DNA of 64,000 bases. It comes from Phyllobates terribilis. Lineage: Eukaryota. The DNA is taken from positions 362,824,001 through 362,888,000 of the forward strand of contig NW_027362769.1 of assembly GCF_046119375.1 (NCBI RefSeq), given 5' to 3'. The notes below the pieces were generated by a model. That model saw nothing but the letters and a program-made list of their open reading frames with translations, ran no database searches and had not been told where the DNA came from. Position 1 is the stretch's first letter, and every line of letters starts with the position of its first letter. The translations under genes were made by a program, and so were the position numbers. Positions 38,480 through 51,954 of this stretch are shown piece by piece.

Positions 38480-41400
38480 TCTACTATATAATTGTCTTAT
38501 CCCGTCTGTCTGTCTATCTGTCTGTCTGTCTTTCTGTTTGTCTGTCCTGGAAATCCCGCGTCGCTCATTGGTCCGGCAGCGGCCAATCAGCGCCGCGGGA
38601 TTTCTGAAAAAAGATGGCGGCCGTTAGCGGCTCATCTGGCGGACGGAGGTCAGCGGCGATGCAGCGGGGAGATGAGCGGCGCTAGCAGCACAACTACCCC
38701 GACCGGCGCCGCTGACCTCCATGCGGCTAACGTCGGAAAATCAGCGGCTTGGCCCGCTGATCTCCCGACAGCAAGTGTGAACGGAGGACCGGGGAGCGGT
38801 GCCGCCGGTCGGGACGCTTCTGCTGCGAGCAGTCGCTCATCTCCCGGCTTCTCGCAGCAGATGGAGCCTCACAGGCAGCGGCGCTCCCCGGTCCTCGCTA
38901 ATACGGAGCCGCACAAGCAGCGCCGCTCCCGGGCTCACACTAATACGACGCTGATTGGTCGCAGTGGCCGACCGCGACCAATAAGCGAGATGGGCGGCAA
39001 ATTTAAACGCAGCTCTGCTGATTGGTCGCGGTGGCCGGCCGACCGCGACCAATCAGCGAGATGGGCGGCAAATTTAAACGCCGCTGTGCTGATTGGTCGC
39101 AGTGGCCGGCCGCGACCAATCAGCGAGATGGGCGGCAAATTTAAACGCCGCTGTGCTGATTGGTCGCGGTGGCTGCAGCGACCAATCAGCGAGATGGGAG
39201 GCAAATTTAAACGCCGCTGTGCTGATTGGTCGCGGTGGCCGGCCGTGACCAATTAGCGAGATGGGCGGCAAACTTAAACGCCGCTGTGCTGATTGGTCGC
39301 GGCCGGCCACCGCGACCAATCAGCGTGATGGCCGGGAAATTTAAACGCCGCTGTGCTGATTAATCGCGGCCGGCTACCGCGACCAATCAGCGAGATGGGC
39401 GGCAAATTTAAACGCCGCTCTGCTGATTGGTCGCGGTGGCCGGCCGACCGCGACCAATCAGCGAGATGGGTGGCAAATTTAAACGCCCCACTGCTGATTG
39501 GTCGCGGTGGCCGGCCGCGACCAATCAGCGAGATGGGCGGCAAATTTAAACGCCGCTCTGCTGATTGGTCGCGGTGGCTGCAGCGACCAATCAGCGAGAT
39601 GGGAGGCAAATTTAAACACCGCTGTGCTGATTGGTTGCGGTGGCCGGCCGTGACCAATTAGCGAGATGGGCGGCAAATTTAAACGCCGCTGTGCTGATTG
39701 GTCGCGGCCGGCCACCGCGACCAATCAGCGAGATGGCCTGGAAATTTAAACGCCGCTCTGCTGATTAATCGCGGCCGGCCACAGCGACCAATGAGCGAGA
39801 TGGGCGGCAAATTTAAACGCCGTTCTGCTGATTGGTCGCGTTGGCCGGCCGTGACCAATGAGCGAGATGGGTGGCAAATTTAAACGAGGCTCTGCTGATT
39901 GGTCGCGGTGGCCGGCTACCGCGACCAATCAGCGAGATGGGCGGCAAATTTAAACGCTGCTCTGCTGATTGGTCGCGGTGGCCGGCTACCGCGACCAATC
40001 AGCGAGATGGGCAGCAAATTTAAACGCCGCTGTGCTGATTAATCGCAGCCGGCCACCGCGACCAATCAGCGAGATGGGCGGCAATTTTAAACGCCGCTCT
40101 GCTGATTGGTCGCGGCCGGCTACCGCGAGCAATCAGCGAGATGGGCGGCAAATTTAAACGCCGCTCTGATGATTAATCGGGGCCGGCCACCGCGACCAAT
40201 CAGCGAGATGGGCGGCAAATTTAAACGCCGCTGTGCTGATTGGTCGCGGTGGCCGGCCGCGACCAATCAGCAAGATGTCCGGCAAATTTAAACGCCGCTC
40301 TGCTGATTGTTAGCGGTGGCCGGCTGCAATTAATCAGCGAGATGGGCGGCAAATTTAAACGCCACTCTGCTCATTGGTCGCGGCCGGCCACCGCGACCAA
40401 TCAGCGATATCGGCGGCAAATTTAAACGCCGCTCTGCTGATTGGTCGCGGTGACCGCGACCAATCAGCGATATGGGCGGCACATTTAAACGCCGCTCTGC
40501 TGATTGGTCGCGGTGGCCGGCCGTCCGCGACCAATCAGCGAGATTGCCGCCAAATTTAAACAACGCTCTGCTGATTAGTCGCGGATGGCAGACGCGACCA
40601 ATCAGCGAGATTGGCGCCAAATTTAAACAACGCTCAGCTGATTGGTCGCGGCTGCCAGCCGCGGCCAATCAGCGAGATTGGCGCCAAATTTAAACAACGC
40701 TCTGCTGATTGGTCGCTGACGCCAGACGCGACCAATCAGCGAGATTGGCGCCAAATTTATACAACGCTCTGCTTATTGGTCGCGGACGGCAGACGCGACC
40801 AATCAGCGAGATTAGCGCCAAATTTAAACAACGCTCTGCTGATTGGTTGCGGTGGCCGGCCGAGACCAATCAGCGATTTTGGTGCCAATTTGAAACACCG
40901 CTCTGCTGATTGTTCGCGGTCGCCGGCCGCGACCAATGAGCAGTATTGGCGCCAAATTTAAACGCCGCTCTGCTGATTGGTCGCGGTGGCCGACCACGAC
41001 CAATCAGAGAGATGGGCGGCAAATTTAAACGCCGCTCTGCTTATTGGTCGCGGTGGCCGGCCGCGACCAATCAGCGAGATGGCCGGAAAATTTAAACGCC
41101 GCTCTGCTCATTGGTCGCGGTGGCCGTCCGCGACCAATCAGCGAGATGGGCGGCACATTTAAACTCCGCTCTGCTGATTGGTCGCGGTGGCCGGCCGTCC
41201 GCGACCAATCAGCGAGATTGGCGCCATATTTAAACAACGCTCTGCTGATTGGTCGCGGCTGCCAGCCGCGGCCAATCAGCGAGATTGCCGCCAAATTTAA
41301 ACAACGCTCTGCTGATTGGTCGCTGACACCAGACGCGACCAATCAGCGAGATTGGCGCCAAAATTAAACAACGCTCTGCTTATTGGTCGCGGACGGCAGA

Positions 41401-42177
41401 CGCGACCAATCAGCGAGATTAGCGCCAAATTTAAACAACGCTCTGCTGATTGGTTGCGGTGGCCGGCCGCGACCAATCAGCGATTTTGGTGCCAATTTAA
41501 ACACCGCTCTGCTGATTGGTCGCGGTCGCCGGCCGCGACCAATGAGCAGTATTGGCGCCAAATTTAAACCCCGCTCTGCTGATTGGTCGCGGCCGACGGT
41601 CACGACCAATCAGCAATTTTGGTGCCAAATTTAAACAACGCTCTGCTGATTGGTCGCGGTCACCGGCCGCGAACAATCAGCAGTATTGGCGCAAAATTTA
41701 AACCCCGCTCTGCTGATTGGTCGCGACCGCCAGGCGCGACCAATCAGCGATTTTGGCGCCAAATTTAAACACCGCTTCGCTGATTGGTCGTGGTGGCCGG
41801 CCGTGACCATTAAGCGATATTGGCGCCATATTTAAACACCGCTCTGCTCATTGGTCGCGGTTACCGGTCACGAATAACCAGCATTATTGGCGACAAATTT
41901 AAACACTGCTCTGCTGATTAGTCGCGGCCGTGACCAATCACCATTATTGGCGACAAATTTAAATAACGCTCTGCTGATTAGTCGCGACCGCCGTCCATGA
42001 CAAATCTGCGATATAGGCGCCAAATTTTAACACCGCTTTGCTAATTGGTCGCGGTTGCCGGCCTCGACCAATCAGCGATTTTGGCGCCAAATTTAAATAC
42101 CGCTCTGCTGATTGCGCCCGGTCGGCCGCATACCTATTCTAGAATACCCGATGCGTTAGAATCGGGCCACCATCTAG
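38480..42177 (+). mobile_element. Non-autonomous Helitron, copy 1
   Basis: 5' TC (TCTACTATATAA), 3' CTAG (42174-42177), subterminal hairpin CCCGAT..ATCGGG (42147-42166). Inserted between A and T with no TSD. Confidence 0.85.
38940..42110. repeat. About 67-bp CCAAT-hairpin minisatellite (roughly 47 units) in Helitron 1
   Basis: Unit GCTGATTGGTCGCGG-TGGCCGG-CCGCGACCAATCAGC-GAGATGGGCGGCAAATTTAAACGCCGCTCT. Confidence 0.93.
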
Positions 42178-42934
42178 TATATAATAAGTACAGTGACAGT
42201 GTTGGTTACTGTACTTGTCATTTAGTGTTAAAATAAAGGATTTATTAAAAAAAAAATTGGCGTGGGGTTCCCCGTTATTTTAGTCTCTAGCGGAGGTTAA
42301 GCAGATGGCTGGGGCAGATGTTTGAAGCCTGGGAAGGGGGTAATTCCCACGGAGCTTCCCAGGCTACTAATATCAGCCCCCAGCTGAATACCTAGCCTTT
42401 ACTAGCTATTAAAATGGGGGACATGAACTCGACTCATCTGGATGCCGTCACAGCCAGACACTGAGGAGCTTCACTGAGGAGCTTCTCAGTGTCTGCGGCA
42501 TGGCAAACTGGATGGCAGCGTTCTGCTGCGATCCAGCCTGTCATGTCAATGTAGCAGAGCTAAAGCCATCCTGGGAACCATGGAAAGGTAAGGAATCCTA
42601 ACCTCTAGTATTAAAACCTTACGTATGTAAAGTGACGTAATGTTAATAAGGGATGAGAAGGCCTGAGACCTGGCTAATGGACACCCAGCCATGGAGAAAT
42701 ATACAAATGTAATGTCCAGCTCAAGGAAAAAGGAAACCACTCCTTTATTTGCAAAGAGTGCAAAAATCCTGAAACCGAAGCCTAAAGAGAAAAAGTGGAA
42801 AATAAATGCATGTGCATGCACTGTGTAGGCCCATGTTCACACTGGCCACCAAACATTCCAGGGGGCATCGTTTTTCTACAAGAGGTGTATATGATTATAT
42901 TCCAGGCGGATGTTATTTAACGTAATGTTAGTAT

Positions 42935-43803
42935 AAAAAATATATAAAACAACTTGCGCTAGTGTATAGGGTATGTGGCAAGAAATAACAATGAAGATGT
43001 TAAAAATGTCCAATTTTATTTAAATATGTAGGTTACAAGAAGTTAAAAATCATTGCTCGGTATAGAAATTTGAAAAGATTGAAATTTGGACGTGACGCTA
43101 TCCCAGACATTAACACACAATATCACATACGGGAAGGATTAGTTTTTGAAGTTGTGAACGAGTCCATAGCCAGTCCACCACCATCGGACACCCAAATATC
43201 AGAGGACAGATTTTCCACCCATCCAACACCAGACTATTATCATCAAACACAACTGGATGGCCATAGAGGCACAGCAACCAGCCCTCAACCTTCCACTGAA
43301 GCTACCTCCCCAATACTTACGCCCATTAACACACAAAACCGCTTTGACCCACTGGAAAAAAATTAATGAATACCCTAGCAATAATAATCAATATCCTACC
43401 GCCTCCCAAGACAACGGCTTGAGAACCAGATCGAACTCTCAACACCCACAAATTAGTAAAAGGGCCAGCAACTCAAATTTTTTTCAGTTGGCCCAAAGAA
43501 AAGGCGCCAAAGGGGCTGTAGAGTAGGGCAATTCTCCAAAAAGAAGAAACAATTAGAAGAGATAAACAGTAAAGGTGATTCTATTTTTAACCTAAGTAAA
43601 CACAACCTAAAACCCAATGAAATCAACCTACTTAATAAGGGCCTGAAGTTTGCCCCCTCGATAGGCCTTAACAAATTTCAGGCCTTTATTGGAATCAAAC
43701 AATTCATGAGAAAATTGGCTCTCAAAAAATATTACATAAAAAAGGAAACCCAAACTCCAACACAGGATCAAGCTAATCCGCCCACTTCATCGTATATACA
43801 CAC
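42935..43803 (+). mobile_element. Penelope-like element, 5' part (inverted terminal segment plus N-terminal ORF remnant)
   Basis: IFNLSKHNLKPNEINLLNKGLKFAP...FMRKLALKKYY resembles a PLE N-terminus. 42935-43055 is the reverse complement of 61433-61552. Confidence 0.75.
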
Positions 43804-44955
43804 CAGGGCCGGCTCCAAGTTTTTGTGGGCCCCGGGCGAAAGAGTCTCAGTGGGCCCCTTTAACAGATATTATGATTCCAGATGCACCCCTTAAGTGTGT
43901 AAGCCCCCCAACATGCAGCATCAGTCAAATTCTACATGCAAGAGGAATGAAATGCAACAACACCCCCTTACATATGCAAGGCGCCAACATGCAACATAAA
44001 GGGTATGTGCACACGGTCAGTAAACGCTGCTGATTGGATGCAGCACACTTGCGCTGCGTGCAAACCACAGCATTCGATAATACAAGCAAAGTGGATGGGA
44101 TTTGAAGAAATCCCATGCCCACTATGCATCTCCAGGCACCTGCGGATCACCCGCGGACACGGACTTGCGGCGCGTCTTTCCGTCAATTTCTCTTGTGGAG
44201 TCGCTAGTCTCCGCAAGAGAAATTAGATCAGTGCAATGTATAGGATGGGGTGAATCCGCATGGTTCAATGAACACATGCGGATTCACCTGCGTGCAGCGC
44301 TTTGGACGCAGCATAAAGTATACTGCGTTCAAAGCGTTGACAGTACAGATGGTGTGCCCATAACTCATTCCCTGTAAAAGCCCCCACAACATGCAACACA
44401 TGCATGCATCACCCCCTTCCCTGTGCTAGACCCTCAACATCACCCACTTACATATGCAAGTCCCCAACATGCAACATCACTTCCCTATGCAATTCCCCAC
44501 AATATGCAGTGCCATGCATGCATCACGCCCTTCCCTCTGCTAGACCCTCAACATCACCCACTTATATATGCAAGTCCCCAACATGCAACATCACTTCCCT
44601 ATGCAATTCCCCACAATATGCAATGCCATGCATGTGTGGCACCCCTGAGGGTTCGACCACCACATGAATGCTGCACTTCTCTAATGGAGTGTAGTGTTCC
44701 TCCTCTGAGGTAAGCCCGGTGTGATGGTCGCGACCCAGCCTTGCATCCAACACCACACTTCTCCACCAGAGGGAGCTAGTATGCACTAGGTGTTGCTCCC
44801 CTGGTTACAGGGAGACTGGGGAACACAAAGTGGTAGGAACCAGTTAGTGGGTGTGGGTGGAGGACTTACAAGTTAGTTACACCTTAAATTTCATATTTAA
44901 TAGAAAGCCATCTTTGATCTTGGTCTGTTGTTCTTCTCTGGTCCTTTGTCTAGCC

Positions 44956-46463
44956 CAGGGGTCCTCAAACTTTTTAAACAGGGGGCCAGTTCACGGTCCC
45001 TCAGACCATTGGAGGGCCGGAATATAGTTTTTAAAAAAAACTATGAACAAATTACTATGCACACTGCACATATCTTATTTGTAGTAAAAAAAACAATACA
45101 GGAACAAATACAATATTTAAAATGAAGAACAAGTAAAGTTAAATCAACCGGTATTTCAATAGGTAGGTAACTGTACCCAATAGGCAGCATAGGTCCTCAA
45201 TAGGCAGGTAAATGTCCCCAATAGGCAGCATCGGTCCTCAATAGGCAGGTAAATATCCCCAATAGGCAGGTAAATGTCCCCCATAGGCAGGTAAATGTCC
45301 CCAATAGGCAGCATAGGTCCCCAATAGGCAGGTAAATGTACCCAATAGGCAGCATAGGTCCCCAATAGGCAGGTAAATGTCCCCAATAGGCAGCATAGGT
45401 CCTCAATGGGCAGGTAAATGTTCCAAATAGGCAGGCTGTTTCCCCCTTATAATGCCATATGCAGGCTGTTCCACCCCTTATTATGCCCCATGCAGGCTGT
45501 TCCCCCCCATGTAATGCCCCATGCAGCATGTCACCGCCCCATATAATGCCCCATGCAGCATGTCACCCCCCCATATTATGCCCCATGCAGCATGTCACCC
45601 CCCCATATTATGCCCCATGCAGCATGTCACCCCCCCTATATTATGCCCCATGCAGGATGCCACCCCCCATATAATGCCCCATGCAGGATGTCACCCCCCA
45701 TATAATGCCCCATGCAGGATAACACTCCCCTGTCTTTATTATACCCCATGCAGCATGTCACCCCCCACATATAATGCCCCATGCAGCATGTCACCCCCCA
45801 TATAATGCCCCATGCAGCATGTCACCCCCCCAATATAATGCCACATGCAGCTTGTCACCCCCCCCATATAATGCCACATGCAGCATGTCACACCCCCCAT
45901 ATCATGCCCCATGCAGGATGTTTACCCCCCCATATTATACCCCTTGCAGCATGTCACCCCCCCATATAATGCCCCATGCAGGATGTCACCCCCCATATCA
46001 TGCCCCATGCAGGATGTCACCTCCCCATATTATACCCCTTGCAGGATGTCACTCCTCCATATAATGACCTATGCCTCCATACATTAAAAAAAAAAAAAAA
46101 ATCCAATACTCACCTCACTTCTCACCTGCTGCCGCTGCCGCTGCCCTACTCTTGTCTGGACTACAGCGTCGCGGCGGCGTCGTCCCGATCTGCGCTGCCT
46201 GTGACGGCACTCGGGAGGGCGCGGTGTAAAGACGTCACCGCATCCTCTGACCTGAGACGTCACAGAAAGCGCAGAGCAGGAAGACAGCGGATCTGCAGAG
46301 GCACAGGGAGAGGTAAGTATCCGCCTGCCGGGGCCCTGAGCAAGCGGGAGAGAAGGGCGGATGCTGACACCGCTCCCCTCTCCTCCACCCATAGCCCGGC
46401 GGGCCGGATAAAAGTCCTCCGCGGGCCGCATGTGGCCCGCGGGCCGTAGTTTGAGGACCCCTG
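44956..46463. mobile_element. Charlie-type hAT MITE with internal minisatellites, inside the 5' LTR
   Basis: TIR CAGGGGTCCTCAAACT and 8-bp TSD GTCTAGCC (44948-44955 and 46464-46471). Absent from the 3' LTR. About 20-bp repeats at 45150-45440 and about 33-bp repeats at 45440-46080. Confidence 0.9.
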
Positions 46464-46986
46464 GTCTAGCCTTTGCTAGTCTGTCGGCTGTCTCTGTGCA
46501 GTCAAAATACTGTGTGTAATGTGACCTCCCTCCGGGAGCGCAGATCCTATGTGGGCCTGCGCCGGTAAGGGACACAGCCCTCGTACCCTGGCCTTGGGAC
46601 GAGAGGTAGGTTGTAGACAAGGAATGTCTCAACCCGGCCAAGGACCAGGATCAAGAAGGCCCTGGGAGCTTTAGAGTGTGGCTCCCCAGCAAATGGGTCC
46701 CGGGGAGGATGCAGACGGAGCGGAGCACGCCACCTGTCCTCGCCTACCTGATCTATTCAGAGGGATTCCGGCTGCAAGAGGGGTACCGGCCCTCGACACC
46801 CGACCTTGTACTCTATGTCCTGGACGGGAAAGCCCGGTTAGGCCCTGAGGATCCCACCGGGCATCGGATGGAGAGGAATTGCCACCCGTGCCCTAGTCCT
46901 GAGAGGAGCTCAGAGGGAGACCCGGCCTATCTACACACGCACAGACGGGAAAGGGTGAAGTTTATAGTGCAGGAACACTCTGGTGT

Positions 46987-49900
46987 TGTTATGTTCTGCT
47001 ACCAGAGCTAAGGAAAGAGAGGAGATCTGTCCCTACGATAGAACTCAGCTGAATCCCTACGATGTAACAGGGAACCTGATCCTGCGATCAGACCTGCTAA
47101 AGTCCTAAGCTAGTCTGTACGGAGACCTATAGATGTGGGGAAGGAATCCCTACAAGTACTAAGGACTGGGAGGAAAATGGGACACCTCCTAACAGAAATA
47201 GTAGCAGACAGACGAACAAACAAAATATATAGAACATAGAGGTCCGCAGACCAAGCAAACTAACAGAGTTAGATACAGAGCACAGGCTAGCTAGAAAGTA
47301 GTTATACAATGAAGTCCAGCAAAGCCAGAAGGGCGGAGCAGGATTAAATAGGCCAACAAGGTCATGTGACCAGCAAAGGAAAAAACCTAAGAGCAAGGTT
47401 CTAACAGTACCCCCCCTTCTAAGAGGGTCCTCCGGATCCCCTAGGACCAGGCTTATCAGGAAATCTCCTGTGAAACGCTCTGATAAGTCTGGACGCGGAA
47501 ACATCATCTGACCTCACCCAAGAGTTATCCTCGGGTCCGAAACCTTTCCAGGCCACAAGATACTGCAAACTACCTCTATACCGTCTAGAGTTAAGGATGC
47601 GAGAAATTTCATATTCCCCGTCCTCCACCACCGGAGGAACAGAGGCAGAGGCGTCACCATCCGACACAACAGCTTTTTTTAACAGAGAGACATGAAATAC
47701 CGGATTAATTCTCCAGGAGGTAGGAACCTCCAACCTAACAGCAGATTGGTTGACAACCTGAAGCACCTTAAAGGGCCCTACAAACTTGGGACCCAATTTC
47801 TTAGAAGGAATCCTCAACCGCAGATTCCTAGAGGACAACCAAACCATGTCACCAACAGCGAACAAAACCTCCTGTCGTTTCCTATCAAAGTAGTCTTTAG
47901 ATTTTCTGTTGGCCTCCTGAAGATTACCACGCACATCCGTCCAAACTCTCTACAAATCACCGGAAAAATTCTCCTCCTCAGGCACGGCAGATCCCAACTT
48001 GGAGAACGACCCAAACGACGGATGTCTCCCAGAACAACAAAAAAAAGGCGAACAACCAGCAGAAGAAGATGTATGATTGTTCAGAGCAAATTCAGCAAGT
48101 GGCAGAAACTCAGACCACCCCTCTTGATTGTCTGCCACAAAACAACGCAAGAACTGCTCAACATCCTGGTTTTTCCTTTCTGTCTGGCCATTAGATTCAG
48201 GATGATATCCGGACGAGAACGACAAATGAACTCCCAACCTGTCACAAAAGGCACGCCAAAAACGAGCCACGAACTGAGGACCCCTATCAGAAACAATGTC
48301 AGTAGGAACGCCATGAAGTCTGACAATTTCCTTGACAAAGGCCTTAGCGAGAGTTTTAGCGCAGGGCAGTTTGACGAAGGGAACCAAGTGACACATCTTG
48401 CTAAAACGGTCCACGACCACCCAGATGACAGTAAAACCCTCAGAGGGGGGAAGGTCAGTTATAAAGTCCATAGCCAAATGTGTCCAAAGAGCACTGGGAA
48501 CCTCCAAAGGACAAAGCAACCCCGCAGCAGGAGTATGTGAGGACTTAGATCTAGCACATATAGTACATTGACGCACCCACTTAATGACCTCCTTCTGCCA
48601 TCCAGGCCACCAAAAACTGCGACCCACCAGTCTCTTGGTCTCAGAGATTCCGGGATGACCTGCCAACCGAGACTCGTGACACTCAACAAACAAATCTCTC
48701 CTAAAGGTCCCAGGCACAAACAACCTCCCATGAGGAGTGTTAGATGGGGCATTCTCCTGTGCTTTAAGAATCTCATCTTCCAAAACGGAGTCCAAAGCAG
48801 CTATCACAACACCTTCTTGTAAAATGTTCTCCTCTTTCTCAGCACCGACTATGGGAGAAAAACTGCGAGACAAGGCATCCGCCTTAACATTCTTAGTACC
48901 AGGGATGTAAGTAACGGAGAAATTAAACCGCGAGAAAAACAGTGCCCACCTAGCCTGACGAGCATTCAGGCGCTTGGCAGCATCAAGATATATCAGATTT
49001 TTATGATCCGTAAGAACCTGAACGGGAAATTCCGCACCTTCCAAGAAGTGGCGCCAGTGTTCAAATGCGAGTTTAATAGCCAATAATTCCCGATTACCAA
49101 TATCGTAATTCAGTTCAGTCTCCGAAAATTTTTTTGAAAAAAAGGCACAGGGATGTAATCCATCCCCGTTATCCTGAGACAATACTGCGCCAACCCCCAC
49201 AGAGGAAGCATCAACCTCAACCAAAAACGGCTTAGTCACATCAGGCTGCATAAGGATGGGAGCAGAGGTGAACCTCTCCTTGAGATACACAAAAGCTTCA
49301 ATGGCCTCAGAAGACCACTGAACCGCATCAGCACCTTTCCTGGTGAGATCGGTCAGAGGTTTGACAATACTAGAAAATTTTTTTATGAATTTTCTGTAAT
49401 AATTGGCGAAACCTAAAAACCTCTGTATCGATTTCAAACCAATAGGCCTAGGCCATTCCTGCACAGCTTGAACTTTAACCGGGTCCATCTCAAAACCTTC
49501 ACTGGAGATAATGTAACCCAAAAAACTAATTCTCTGTACAGCGAACTCACATTTCTCCAGCTTAGCAAAAACCGAATTGTCCATTAATAACTGTAATACC
49601 TCACGTACGCTCCGCCAATGAGACTCCAGATCCGGCGAATAAATCAAAATGTCATCCAAATACACAACCACATTTTTGCCGATCAAAGATCTAAGGATGT
49701 CATTAATAAGATTCTGAAACAATGCAGGAGCATTAGTAAGACCAAAAGGCATAACCAGATTCTCAAAATGACCCACAGGAGTGTTAAAAGCAGTCTTCCA
49801 TTCGTCACCCTCCTTCATGCGCAACAGATTGTATGCCTCCTTAAGGTCAATTTTAGAGAACCACTTGGCCCCCATTAACTGGTTAAACAGATCAGGAATC

Positions 49901-51954
49901 AATGGCAGTGGGTAAGGATTGCGTACAGTAATTTTGTTAATCTCACGAAAATCCAGACAAGGACGTAAACCGCCGTCCTTTTTTTTTGCAAAAAAAAATC
50001 CAACTGCCACAGGAGACTTAGAAGGCCTAATGTGACCGGCGGCCAAACTTGTCTGTATGTATTCCTCCAAAGCCTTCCTCTCAGGAATAGTAAGGTTAAA
50101 TAAACGACTTTTAGGAAGAGTCGCTCCAGGGACAAATTCAATAGAACAATCATAGTCTCTATGGGGAGGCAAAACCTGCGATTCCTTCTCAGAAAAAACT
50201 CTCCAAAAATCCTGAATAGGAACAGGCAATTCTCCCCTATCCAAAGCTGCAATACGCCCATTACAACACTTGTCATAACATTTATGGCTCCAGGATTTAA
50301 TTTCACTGGTAGACCAATCCAGTACAGGATTGTGAAATTTTAACCAGGGCAATCCCAATATTACTGGAGAAGGCAAGTTATTCAAAACTACCAAATCCAA
50401 TTTCTCATGGTGAACACCATTAATAGTGAGAGGAAATTCACAGACCTTGAGAGTAATATTCTTCAAAGGGGAACCATCCACAGAAACCACAGCAATGGGG
50501 GATGATAAAGGTTCGGGTTTTAAATTGAGTCTTTCCAAGAATCCCCCATCAATTACATTCAGAGTAGACCCACAATCAACAAACACCCGAAATTCCATTA
50601 ATTTTTCCTGAGCAATCGTGGAAGCAGCTAAAAATACACCCTTGGAATTTAAACAGGCAATACGGGCATGACTGACCATTTTTTTTTCTTTCTTCATACG
50701 AAGCTCACAGCCTTTAATCAAATGACCAGATTTTCCGCAATAGAAACACAAGCCTTCAAAAAATCTACGGTCTTTTTCTTGAGAGCGAGGTGCCACCGAT
50801 CCAATCTCCATCGGTTCACCACTGTTAGTACACACATTCTCATAACCAGAAACTGACATAGCAGAGGATTTGCTCTCATTAACCCTTGCACGCAGTCTCC
50901 TATCCACCCGTATAGCTAATTGCATAGCCTGTTGCAAATCTTCAGGTGTAGGATAAGCAATTAGCAGGTCTTTAACCCTTTCATTGAGCCCAGCAAGAAA
51001 TAGACTTTTCAGAGCAGAATCGTTCCACCCTGTTTGAGTAGACCAACGACGGAAATGAGTACAATATTTTTCCACATTACCTGATCCCTGTTTCAAACGT
51101 CTCAACTCAGATTCAGCTGATGAGACACGGTCAGGATCATCATATAATAGTCCCAAAGCAGAAAAAAAACTATCCACTGATCTGAAGCATGTATCACTAG
51201 GTTGCAAAGAAAAGGCCCACTCCTGAGGCTCTTTGCGCAAAAGTGACATTATGAACCCTATGCGCTGGGATTCATCCCCAGAGGACTTGGGTCTCAAACG
51301 AAAATACAATAAGCAAGCATTTTTAAATGAAAAAAATTCTCGGTGTTCACCAAAAAATAAATCCGGCAAACATACCTTAGGCTCCAAGAAATGTGCTCCA
51401 GGACAGTTACTCACGTGCTGACGGAGCTCGGCCACCTCCAGAGAGAGTCCCTGCAGGCGATGAGCCAAATCCTGAACCGACACCATGATGGAACAGAAAA
51501 ATCTTTCCTTAGAGAATTTGCAGGCTGGACTTACTGTTATGTTCTGCTACCAGAGCTAAGGAAAGAGAGGAGATCTGTCCCTACGATAGAACTCAGCTGA
51601 ATCTCTACGATGTAACAGGGAACCTGATCCTGCGATCAGACCTGCTAAAGTCCTAAGCTAGTCTGTACGGAGACCTATAGATGTGGGGAAGGAATCCCTA
51701 CAAGTACTAAGGACTGGGAGGAAAATGGGACACCTCCTAACAGAAATAGTAGCAGACAGACGAACAAACAAAATATATAGAACATAGAGGTCCGTAGACC
51801 AAGCAAACTAACAGAGTTAGATACAGAGCACAGGCTAGCTAGAAAGTAGTTATACAATGAAGTCCAGCAAAGCCAGAAGGGCGGAGCAGGATTAAATAGG
51901 CCAACAAGGTCATGTGACCAGCAAAGGAAAAAACCTAAGAGCAAGGTGCTAACA
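46987..51954 (-). mobile_element. Ty3/Gypsy chromovirus (sushi-like), full length
   Basis: 420-bp LTRs (46987-47406 and 51535-51954; I see 3 differences), 5-bp TSD GGTGT and a polypurine tract next to the 3' LTR. Confidence 0.96.
47419..51486 (-). CDS. Gypsy Gag-Pol single frame (Gag, CCHC, protease, RT, RNase H, integrase, chromodomain) with one premature TAG at 47950-47952
   Basis: CFYCGKSGHLIKGC, VFVDCGS, YLDD, DASSVG, HESRLAGH..CTIC, SDRGPQF and YLVAWKGFGPEDNSW. The two listed ORFs are in the same frame. Confidence 0.93.

Noticed and set aside
38492-42236. ORFs in the Helitron repeats (also 54572-56204)
   Set aside because: They are repetitive translations of a palindromic GC-rich minisatellite, with no Rep or helicase motifs.
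45150-46080. Pro/Cys/His-rich ORFs
   Set aside because: They are translations of MITE-internal minisatellites.
47950-47952. Programmed read-through stop in the Gypsy
   Set aside because: It lies inside integrase, not at the gag-pol border, and has no typical CARYYA context. A point mutation is the simpler explanation.
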